The notes under the pieces are model-generated. The model made no database searches, was not told where the DNA came from, and worked only from the letters and a program-made list of their open reading frames with translations. Positions 1 through 7,700 of a DNA stretch of 64,000 bases are shown piece after piece. The DNA comes from Bryobacterales bacterium (GTDB taxonomy: Bacteria; Acidobacteriota; Terriglobia; Bryobacterales; UBA6623): positions 3,654,763-3,718,762 of the forward strand of contig OZ244172.1 in the NCBI GenBank assembly GCA_965216545.1, read 5' to 3'. The position numbers and the translations under genes were made by a program. How positions within the stretch are numbered: position 1 is the stretch's first letter; the number at the start of each line of letters is the position of its first letter.

Positions 1-216
1 AAGCCTCGGGCGCCGCGCCCGGGGAGATACGAATGGGTCCCACCCCTCCTCGGCCCTGGCAAGGGCCTGGCTGCAACCGAGTCGCGCCTCGGCAGGCGCA
101 TTGGGGAGCTCAGCGCCGTCCCGGGTCCACGGATTCACGCGTAGGCCGTTCCCTACCGCGCGGCCTTGGGAGGTCTCTCGTGCTAGACGAACCCTGGAGA
201 CAGGACGCTCGGCCCG

Positions 217-1329
217 CTACGGCTTCTTCTTTACGTAGCTCGGATCCTGCACCGGCCCGCTCTTTGCCGGCTTGCGCACGTAGTTCGGATCGATCACCAC
301 ATCGGAGGCGTCCGCTTCGTCCTCGCCCGTCTGCGGGATCCTGCGAACGTTGAAGACGTCTGTTCCCAGTGGCAGATCGCTGAGCAACTCGTTGACCCGT
401 CCGTTGAGGGAGCCCAAGAACGCAATGAGATCCTTCCGCTCGGCGTCGTCGAGGTCGATCGGCTCGATCTCGGCCTCGAGCCCGGCGGGAGCGGAGCCGC
501 CTCGCTCGTAGTGGTCGAGCACGGCATCGATCGTCAGCAGGTCGCCGTGGTGCATGAAGGAATAGCGCCGCAGCACGTCGCGCAGGCTTTGCGTCTTGTA
601 TTTCGTACCCGGCGGGTTGTCGCCTTGGTTCTCCCTCACGCCCGTATAGTGCTTTTGATGATCGGTCAGCATCGGTCCGTGATGGCAGCCGATGCAGCCG
701 GCTTTGCCTTCAAACAGCGCCATGCCGCGCTTGGCCGCCTCGCTCAGCGCCGTCTCGTCGCCTTGCAAGTAACGGTCGAGGTCGCTGTCATAGGAGACCA
801 GCGTGCGCTCGTAGGACGAGATAGCCTTTGCGATCAGATCGAACGTGATCGTTTCCCCGGGAAACGCCGCCTCGAACATGCGCCGGTAGCGCGCGCGCGC
901 AGCGACGCGACGCGCTCCCTCGGCTGGATCGAGGCCCATCTCGAACGGGTTCTCGAGCGGCTTGGAGGCTTGGTCCTCGAGCGTTTTCTCGCGTCCGTCG
1001 AAGAACATCGACCGCTGCCAGCCGACGTTGAGCAGGGTGGGCGTCTTGCGCCGCAGCTCGGTCTCGTTGAGCCCCCAGCCGCGCGAGAAGCCGTCGGTGA
1101 AGTAGAGCTCCGGCTTGTGGCAGGTGGAGCAACTGCGCCGGAAGTTCCGCGAGAGCACGTCGTCGAAGAAGAGCTCCTTGCCGAGCGCGACTTTCTCCGC
1201 CGTGGGCGGGTTGTCTGGCGGAAACGGCGGCATGCCGCCGAGCGGCTCGAGCTTCGGTTCGCCCGCCATGAGCAAGGCCGCGCAGGCGGCGCCGGTCAAC
1301 AGGATCCGGGCAACGGCGAAAACTCCCAT
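217..1329 (-). CDS. di-haem cytochrome c peroxidase (CCP/MauG family)
   Basis: ORF 217..1395 carries two CxxCH haem motifs (CSTCH, CIGCH). An internal ATG at 1329 precedes a hydrophobic signal-like segment (MGVFAVARILLTGAACAALL). The start could instead be 1395. Confidence 0.85.
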   Translation of the reverse strand: MGVFAVARILLTGAACAALLMAGEPKLEPLGGMPPFPPDNPPTAEKVALGKELFFDDVLSRNFRRSCSTCHKPELYFTDGFSRGWGLNETELRRKTPTLLNVGWQRSMFFDGREKTLEDQASKPLENPFEMGLDPAEGARRVAARARYRRMFEAAFPGETITFDLIAKAISSYERTLVSYDSDLDRYLQGDETALSEAAKRGMALFEGKAGCIGCHHGPMLTDHQKHYTGVRENQGDNPPGTKYKTQSLRDVLRRYSFMHHGDLLTIDAVLDHYERGGSAPAGLEAEIEPIDLDDAERKDLIAFLGSLNGRVNELLSDLPLGTDVFNVRRIPQTGEDEADASDVVIDPNYVRKPAKSGPVQDPSYVKKKP

Positions 1330-1622
1330 GTTGGGCCTGAGTTTAGCACTGGTCGCGCTCGGCCGGCCATGCCCAGATCCGTTCGGTAAGGGCATAGCGC
1401 GGGCGGAGAAATGCCGAACAAGGCCTGGAGTTGGCGCGCGGGGTCGCGTGAGCGGTCGCGGGACAGCGTAGGCGGGGCGCTGGCGGGAGTCGTGCCGCGA
1501 TCAGACGCAGCTCAACCGTGGCCGCGGCGGCGGCGAGGCCCAGCCAGGCTCCCCAGTCCTTACCCACGGATAAGAGGCGGAGCGGTTGCATCGCGGGCGT
1601 CCGCGTGGCATGCTGATATGGC

Positions 1623-1637
1623 GAACAAAAAGCGAAT
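1623..1637 (+). promoter_or_regulatory. candidate SOS (LexA-type) operator upstream of imuA
   Basis: GAAC-N7-GAAT direct repeat (gaacaaaaagcgaat) ends 7 nt before the imuA ATG. It is one mismatch from the GAAC-N7-GAAC/GTTC-N7-GTTC box reported for Alphaproteobacteria and Acidobacterium capsulatum. Based on motif and position only. Confidence 0.3.
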
Positions 1638-1643
1638 ATCGAG

Positions 1644-2333
1644 ATGGCCGCCTCCGCCAAGCTTCAACAGCTCGAGACTTTGCTCCGCCAGCGCGGGCTT
1701 GGGCGTGCTTTGCCGACGGCGGACAAGCCTGTGTACAAGCCGCTGCCGACCGGCAGAGCGGAGGTCGACCGCCGTCTGGGCGGCGGGTTGCCGCGCGGGG
1801 CGATCAGCGAAGTTGTTGGCCCGGAGTCGTCGGGGCGGACGTCATTGTTGTTCTCGGCGCTAGCCCGGGCGACGCAAGCGGGTGAGGTGGCGGCTTACAT
1901 TGACGCGACCGATTGTTTGGATCCGCGCTCGGCGGAGCAGGCTGGCATCGTGCTGGAGCGGTTGCTGTGGGTGCGCTGCGACTCGCGGGAGAGGCCGCGC
2001 TACGAGCGCCTGCGCGAGCAGCCGGCGGATCAGGCTTGGCAGGCGGTGAACCTAGTCGCGGCGGCGGGCGGCTTCGGGCTGATCGTAGCAGACTTGGGCG
2101 GGCTCTCCCGCCGCAAGCTCGGCGAATGGCAGCGCCGGCCGTGGGTGCGGCTCAGGCAAGCGATCGAGCATACCGCGACCGCGCTGACGGTGCTGGCGGA
2201 GCGGCACGTGGCGCAGGGCGCGGCCACGTTCGGCCTAGGAGGGACAAGGGACGGTTTGGGGACAAGGGACAGGGGTTTGGGGACAAGGGACCGGGGACAA
2301 GGGATAAGAGGACGGTTGTTGGAGGTGGCCTGA
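1644..2333 (+). CDS. imuA: ImuA, RecA-like protein of the imuA-imuB-dnaE2 mutagenesis cassette
   Basis: Degenerate RecA Walker-A-like motif GPESSGRTSLL and synteny with imuB and dnaE2. The C-terminal ~30 aa (GTRDGLGTRDRGLGTRDRGQG...) are encoded by the heptamer array, so the native C-terminus may have been altered. Confidence 0.8.
   Translation: MAASAKLQQLETLLRQRGLGRALPTADKPVYKPLPTGRAEVDRRLGGGLPRGAISEVVGPESSGRTSLLFSALARATQAGEVAAYIDATDCLDPRSAEQAGIVLERLLWVRCDSRERPRYERLREQPADQAWQAVNLVAAAGGFGLIVADLGGLSRRKLGEWQRRPWVRLRQAIEHTATALTVLAERHVAQGAATFGLGGTRDGLGTRDRGLGTRDRGQGIRGRLLEVA
2241..2307 (+). repeat. G-rich heptanucleotide tandem array L1 (GGGACAA family)
   Basis: Seven phased units at 2259-2307: GGGACAA GGGACAG GGGTTTG GGGACAA GGGACCG GGGACAA GGGATAA. 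Two further units lie at 2241-2254 and a stray GACAAGGGA at 2342-2350. The array sits in the imuA 3' end. Confidence 0.9.
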
Positions 2334-2749
2334 TGCTTAGAGACAAGGGACGAGGAGCAGGAGCAGGGGAGAAGGTTCGGAGCTACCGGGATCTCAAGGT
2401 TTGGCAGAGGGCGATGGATTTGGTGGAGCAGAGCTATCGCTTGGCGGCAATGCTGCCCTCACACGAGCTGTATGGATTGGCAACCCAGATTCGCCGTGCT
2501 GCTGTTTCCGTTCCCGCCAACATTGCGGAGGGGAACGGACGCGAGCACGTTGGCGACTACCTGCATCACGTCTCCATCGCTCATGGCTCGCTCATGGAGT
2601 TGGAAACACATTTCCTCATTGCGATTCGTCTTACGTACCTCCAGCCTGATCAAATTGAGCCGGCTTTCGAATTGACTACCGAAGTCGGCCGCATGCTAGG
2701 TGGTCTTCGTAAGAGTCTGAAGACGAAACGAAGCTCCAGGGGGAGGTAG
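2333..2749 (+). CDS. four-helix-bundle protein, 23S rRNA intervening-sequence / Avd family (TIGR02436, PF05635-like), copy 1
   Basis: Family-typical sequence SYRDLKVWQRAMDLV...QIRRAAVSVPANIAEGNGR...GSLMELETH. The ATG overlaps the imuA stop (TGATG) and GGAGG lies at 2321-2325. It corresponds to the C-terminal 138 aa of track ORF 1913..2749. Confidence 0.85.
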   Translation: MLRDKGRGAGAGEKVRSYRDLKVWQRAMDLVEQSYRLAAMLPSHELYGLATQIRRAAVSVPANIAEGNGREHVGDYLHHVSIAHGSLMELETHFLIAIRLTYLQPDQIEPAFELTTEVGRMLGGLRKSLKTKRSSRGR

Positions 2750-2754
2750 CTTCC

Positions 2755-2783
2755 TTGTCCCTTGTCCCCGGTCCCTTGTCCCC
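2755..2783 (-). repeat. C-rich heptamer array R1, inverted copy of L1
   Basis: Four phased units TTGTCCC TTGTCCC CGGTCCC TTGTCCC. Positions 2758-2783 are the exact 26-nt reverse complement of 2279-2304. Confidence 0.9.
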
Positions 2784-4296
2784 AGAGGGACCCTTGCCGC
2801 TCTTTGCAGCTTTGTATGTCGCTGACTTCGCTGTTGCAGCGTTGATCCGCGGCGAAGCGTACAGCCCCGCTACCGGGGTGATCGAGGGCGAGCCGCCCAA
2901 TCAGTTCGTCTGTACGGCCGATGAGGCGGCCCGCGCCGGCGGCGTACAGATCGGCATGCCGCTGGCCGCGGCCACCGCACGTTTCGCCTATGTCACTCGG
3001 GGCGAGGATCTGCGCATCCTCGAGCGCGACCCGGCGGCCGAAGCCCGCGCGCAGCGTGACTTATTGCGAGCAGCCGAAAACGCCACCCCACGCTATGAGG
3101 ATTCCGCGCTGGGGCTGGCGACGCTCGACTTCAGCGGATTGCGTGAGCCGCATGTGGCGGCGCGCAAACTTTATACAGAGGCGGAGGCGCTGGGGTTCAC
3201 GCCTCAGCTTGGGGTTTCGCGCAACCGCTTCGTCGCATTATGCGCCGCGCGCACACAGCCAGGATTGACGCATGTCTACCCCGGAGAAGAGGCAGGCTTT
3301 CTCTCGGTCCAGGGGCTCGACGTGCTGCCAATGGAAGCAGCCGAGATCGAAACGCTCGCACGCTGGGGCGTCCGCACGGTCGGCGAGCTGGCGCGCTTCA
3401 GCGAGAACGACCTGACAGCGCGCTTCGGCGAACGCGGCGCGCGGTTGGCGCGACTGGCGCGTGGCGAAGAAGCGTCGGTGATTGAGGCCTACACCGCGCC
3501 GCTCGAGCTCGAGGAGCGCCAGGAGTTCGACTGGGAAGTCGGAGAGCTCGAGCCGTTGGCGTTTGCGCTCTCGGGGATGCTCGAGCGGCTGTGCTTGAAG
3601 CTGCAGGGTCACAACTTGGCGGCGGCGCGCGTGGAGACCAAGCTCGAGCTTGCGAGCGGGCGGTTGTTCGCTCGCAAGATCGATTTGCCGTATCCGCTGA
3701 CCGACCCGCGCACGCTGCTCAGACTGGTGCGGCTCGATCTCGATGCGCATCCCCCAGGCGACGCCATCGTGGCCGCCCGCGTCGCCGCCGCGCCCACCGA
3801 GCGGCGTCGCGTGCAGTTCTCGCTCTTCGCGCCTGCCGCGCCGAGCCCGGAGAAGCTGGCTGTGACGCTGGCGCGCCTCTCGGGCCTGGTGGGCGCCGAG
3901 CGCGTGGGCGCTCCGGTCGCGCCGGACACGCACAAGCCGGGAGCGGCGGCGTTGGCGCTGTTCGCACCATCGCAAAGGGACAAGGGACAAGGGACAAAGG
4001 GACAAGGGACAGGGGACAAGAGAGGCGGCTCGCGTGAAGAACGCATCTTCCGCGTCTTCCGTCCGCCCTGGCGCGCCAAGGTCGAGACCCAAGCGCACGA
4101 GCCGGCGCATCTGGAGTCGCTCGATGTCGCCGGCCCCATCGAATCCAGCTCCGGCCCCTGGCGTGTTTCCGGCGAGTGGTGGAGCCCGGAGGGCTGGCAA
4201 TACGAGGAATGGGATGTGCTGGTGCAGGGGCGTATGTATCGGGCTTGCTTTGATCGGTTGAGCCGGGAGTGGTTTGTCACGGGGGCGTACGATTAG
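2755..4296 (+). CDS. imuB: ImuB, Y-family-polymerase-like protein
   Basis: N-terminus LFAALYVADFAVAALIR, typical size, and position between imuA and dnaE2. The TTG start at 2755 lies inside the repeat (GGAGG at 2740-2744). An alternative TTG at 2794 would give MPLFAALYV. Confidence 0.8.
   Translation: MSLVPGPLSPEGPLPLFAALYVADFAVAALIRGEAYSPATGVIEGEPPNQFVCTADEAARAGGVQIGMPLAAATARFAYVTRGEDLRILERDPAAEARAQRDLLRAAENATPRYEDSALGLATLDFSGLREPHVAARKLYTEAEALGFTPQLGVSRNRFVALCAARTQPGLTHVYPGEEAGFLSVQGLDVLPMEAAEIETLARWGVRTVGELARFSENDLTARFGERGARLARLARGEEASVIEAYTAPLELEERQEFDWEVGELEPLAFALSGMLERLCLKLQGHNLAAARVETKLELASGRLFARKIDLPYPLTDPRTLLRLVRLDLDAHPPGDAIVAARVAAAPTERRRVQFSLFAPAAPSPEKLAVTLARLSGLVGAERVGAPVAPDTHKPGAAALALFAPSQRDKGQGTKGQGTGDKRGGSREERIFRVFRPPWRAKVETQAHEPAHLESLDVAGPIESSSGPWRVSGEWWSPEGWQYEEWDVLVQGRMYRACFDRLSREWFVTGAYD
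3977..4019 (+). repeat. GGGACAA heptamer array inside imuB (third copy of family 1)
   Basis: Six GGGACAA-type heptamers in tandem (five GGGACAA, one GGGACAG, with one extra A after the third unit), translated in frame as QRDKGQGTKGQGTGDKRG. Positions 3977-3992 are the exact complement of 2753-2768. Confidence 0.9.
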
Positions 4297-4298
4297 CG

Positions 4299-4347
4299 GG
4301 TGCTGGGGGCTAGGTGTTAGGTGCTAGGTGCTAGGTGCTAGGTGCTG
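4299..4347 (+). repeat. G-rich heptanucleotide tandem array L2 (GGTGCTA family)
   Basis: Seven phased units: GGTGCTG GGGGCTA GGTGTTA GGTGCTA GGTGCTA GGTGCTA GGTGCTG. The array starts 3 nt after the imuB stop. Confidence 0.9.
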
Positions 4348-4373
4348 GGCGTTGGCTGATACGGAGGATTGAA

Positions 4374-4724
4374 ATGATTCGGAGTTATCGCGATCTTCAT
4401 GTTTGGCAGCGGGGGATGGATCTTGTTCTTTGCTGCTACGGCTTAGCCAAGAAGCTTCCAAGCGATGAGCTTTACGGATTGACGAGTCAGATTCGCAGAG
4501 CCGCCGTTGCTATACCTGCCAACATCGCCGAGGGGCACGGCAGAGACCACATCGGCGACTACCTGCGCCATCTCTCGATCGCCTCTGGATCGCTCACAGA
4601 GCTGGAAACCCACATCCTGATCACCGAAAGACTCTCGGCTATCTCTCTGAAGCCGACACTTCGATCTTTCATACCCAAGCCACTGAGCTGGGCCGCATGC
4701 TCTCCACTCTGTCAAAGAAGTTGA
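4374..4724 (+). CDS. four-helix-bundle protein, IVS/Avd family, copy 2 (C-terminus disrupted by an apparent +2 frameshift)
   Basis: MIRSYRDLHVWQRGMDLV...QIRRAAVAIPANIAEGHGR...GSLTELETH, with GGAGGA at 4363-4368. After ...ITERL (4634) the family-like sequence GYLSEADTSIFHTQATELGRMLSTLSKKLKARR continues in another frame, 4637-4756. Confidence 0.8.
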   Translation: MIRSYRDLHVWQRGMDLVLCCYGLAKKLPSDELYGLTSQIRRAAVAIPANIAEGHGRDHIGDYLRHLSIASGSLTELETHILITERLSAISLKPTLRSFIPKPLSWAACSPLCQRS

Positions 4725-4746
4725 AGGCCCGAAGAACCTCTTCCCC

Positions 4747-4781
4747 CAGCACCTGACACCTAACACCCAGCACCTAGCACC
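4747..4781 (-). repeat. C-rich heptamer array R2, inverted copy of L2
   Basis: Five phased units CAGCACC TGACACC TAACACC CAGCACC TAGCACC. Positions 4766-4781 are the exact complement of 4334-4349. The array ends 6 nt before the dnaE2 ATG. Confidence 0.9.
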
Positions 4782-4787
4782 ATTTAA

Positions 4788-7700
4788 ATGACCGAAATCC
4801 ACGCAGCCTCCGGTTTCAGCTTCCTCGAAGGCGCCTCCGACCCCGAGGACCTCGTCGCCGAAGCCAAGCGCCTCGAATACGAAGCCGTCGCGCTTTGCGA
4901 TCGCGACTCCGTCTCCGGCGCGCCGCGCTTCTTCAAAGCCGCCAAGCAAGCGCGCATCAAAGCGTTGGTCGGCGCCGAAATCTCGCTCGACCAACCGGGC
5001 GTCAAAAAGGGCGTCCGCAACGCCGAGCTCGACCGCCGCCTCACCGTGCTGGTCGAGAACCGCCGCGGCTACCAGAACCTCTGTCGCCTGCTCACGCGCA
5101 TGAACCTGCGCGCCCCCAAGGGCGAAGGGCGCGTCACTTGGGACGACCTCGACGACTTCTCCTCCGGCCTCGTCGCCCTACTGCACGACCTGCGCGACGA
5201 GGACCCAGTACGCGGCATCTTCGGCTCGCGCAACGTCTACGTCGAGCTGCAACGCCACATGCGCCGCGAGCAGGAGCGCGACAACCAGGCGCGCATCGAG
5301 CTCGCTCGCCGCTACGGGCTGCCGCTGGTCGCCTCGAACGGCGTGCGCTACGCCACCGAGGCGCGCAAGCCGCTCTACGACGTCTTCACCTGCCTGCGCT
5401 ACAAGCGCAAGCTCGATACTGTCGGCCGCTTGCTCGACGCGAACGCCGAGCGCTACCTCAAGCCGCAACGGTCTCTCGAGTATCTCTTCCGCGATCTGCC
5501 CGAAGCGCTCGCCAATGCGAGTGAGCTTGGGCGCCGGCTCGACTTCACGCTCGGCAATCTCGGATACGAGTTCCCGAAGTATCCGTTGCCGCCCGGCGAG
5601 ACAAATACCTCGTTCCTGCGCAAGATCGCCCTGCGCGGCGCCGCCGAACGCTACCGCGATTCGCCACATCGCGAGAAGGCTCTGCGGCAGATCGACCACG
5701 AGCTCGCCGTCATCGAGCGACTCAACCTCGAAGGCTATTTCCTGATCGTGTGGGACATCGTCGAGTTCGCGCGCAAGAACGGCATTCTGTGCCAAGGCCG
5801 CGGCTCGGCGGCGAACTCGGCCGTATGCTACTCCTGCGGCATCACCGCCGTCGACCCGGTCGGCATGGAGCTGCTCTTCGAGAGGTTTCTCTCCGAGGAG
5901 CGCGGCGAGTGGCCCGACATCGACGTCGACTTGCCCTCGGGCGACCAGCGCGAGCAGGTGATCCAACACGTCTACCGCCGCTACGGCGAGCGTGGCGCCG
6001 GCATGACGGCCAACGTCATCACCTACCGCGGCAAGATGGCCGTGCGCGAGGCGGGCAAGGTGCTGGGCTTTCCGGAGGAGATGATTGCGCGCCTGTCGAA
6101 GTGTATCCACAGCTTCGAGTACACCGACGACAATGACAAGCTCGTCTCGCAGGCCGTCGCCGCCGGCTTCGACGCTTCGCACCCGCGCGTCGGCCACCTG
6201 TTGCGCACTTGCATGCAGATGCAGGGGCTGCCGCGGCACCTGGGCCAGCACTCGGGCGGAATGGTGATCTGCCAGGGCGATCTCGACGCCGTCGTGCCGC
6301 TCGAGAATGCGTCGATGCCCGGCCGCGTCGTCGTGCAGTGGGACAAGGAGGACTGCGCTGACCTCGGCGTCATCAAGGTCGACTTGCTCGGCCTCGGCAT
6401 GATGGCGGCGCTCGAGGAGAGCGTCGAGACCATCCGTTCGCGGGGCGGAGACTTCGACTTGGCGCGCATCCCGCCCGATGATCCCGCGACTTACCAGATG
6501 ATCCAGAAGGCGGACACGGTCGGCGTGTTCCAGATCGAGAGCCGCGCGCAAATGGCGACGCTGCCACGCATGCGGCCGGATCATTTCTACGATCTGGTCG
6601 TAGAGGTGGCCATCATCCGCCCCGGGCCGATCACGGGCAACATGGTGCACCCGTATCTGGCGCGGCGGCAGGGCAGGGAGCCGGTGACCTATCCGCACCC
6701 CTCGCTCGAGCCGGTGTTGAAGCGCACGCTCGGGGTGCCGCTGTTCCAGGAGCAGTTGTTGCGCGTGGCTATGGTGGCGGCGAACTTTACCGGCGGCGAG
6801 GCCGAAGAGCTGCGCCGGGCGATGGGCTTCAAGCGCTCGGTCGAGCGCATGGGCTCGATCGAGCGCAAGCTCCGTGAGGGCTTGGCCGAGAACGGCATCG
6901 AGGGCGAGGCGGCGGAGCAGATCGTACGCTCGATTACTTCGTTCGCACTGTATGGATTTCCGGAGTCGCACGCGGCGAGCTTCGCTTTGCTCGCCTACGC
7001 GAGCTCCTATTTGAAGTGCCACTACCCGGCGGAGTTTCTGACAGCGTTGCTCAACTGCCAGCCGATGGGCTTCTACTCGCCGGCCGTGCTCGTCAGAGAT
7101 GCGCAGCGGCACGGCGTGCGGGTGCGGCCGATCGACGTGGCGTTGTCAGGGGCTAGGTGTCAGGTGCTGGGCGCTGGGGAGATGCGGTTGGGGTTGCGGT
7201 TTGTCTCGGGGCTCAGGGCGGAGGCGGCGGAGCGCATTGTGGGGCTGCGGCCGTATCGCTCGATGGAAGACTTCGTGCGACGGACGCGCTTGGCGAAGAC
7301 GGAGCTGGACGTGCTGGCGGAGATTGGGGCGCTGAACTCGCTAGGAGAAGGCGTCCACCGGCGCGAGGCGTTGTGGCAGATCGAGAGGGCGTATCGCCCG
7401 GCGGGGCCGCTGTTCGAGTCCCAAGACGACCGGCTGCCCGAGCCGGGGCCGCTGGCCAAGATGATGCCGCTCGAGCGGCTCGACGCCGACTATCGCGGGG
7501 CGGGCCTGACGACGGGGCCGCACCCGATGCACTACCTGCGGCCGGCGCTAGCCGATCGCAACGTGCACAGCGCGCGCGACCTCGAGTCGATCGCCCACGG
7601 CCGCCGCGTGCGTGTGGCCGGCGCGGTCATCACGCGGCAGCGACCGGGCACGGCCAAGGGCTTCTGCTTCATCACGTTGGAGGATGAAACTGGAGTTTCG

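Noticed and set aside
1-216. Possible truncated gene at the left edge (ORF 33..353)
   Set aside because: The translation is Pro/Arg/Gly/Ser-rich with no motif and overlaps the peroxidase 3' end. There is not enough sequence to call anything.
1913-2749. 278-aa ORF suggesting a large fusion protein ending in the 4HB domain
   Set aside because: The first ~140 codons overlap imuA out of frame and translate to Gly/Ala/Arg low complexity. Only the portion from the ATG at 2333 (with GGAGG upstream) matches the four-helix-bundle family.
2241-4781. Heptamer arrays considered as a CRISPR array or minisatellite
   Set aside because: Units are 7 nt, contiguous and without spacers, far below CRISPR repeat size. 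No cas genes are in the window. They are better described as inverted short-tandem-repeat arms.
5178-7112. 644-aa ORF antisense to dnaE2
   Set aside because: The translation is Arg/Ala/Leu/Gly-rich with no motifs, and it lies entirely inside a gene with unambiguous Pol III alpha motifs. This is a typical high-GC shadow ORF.
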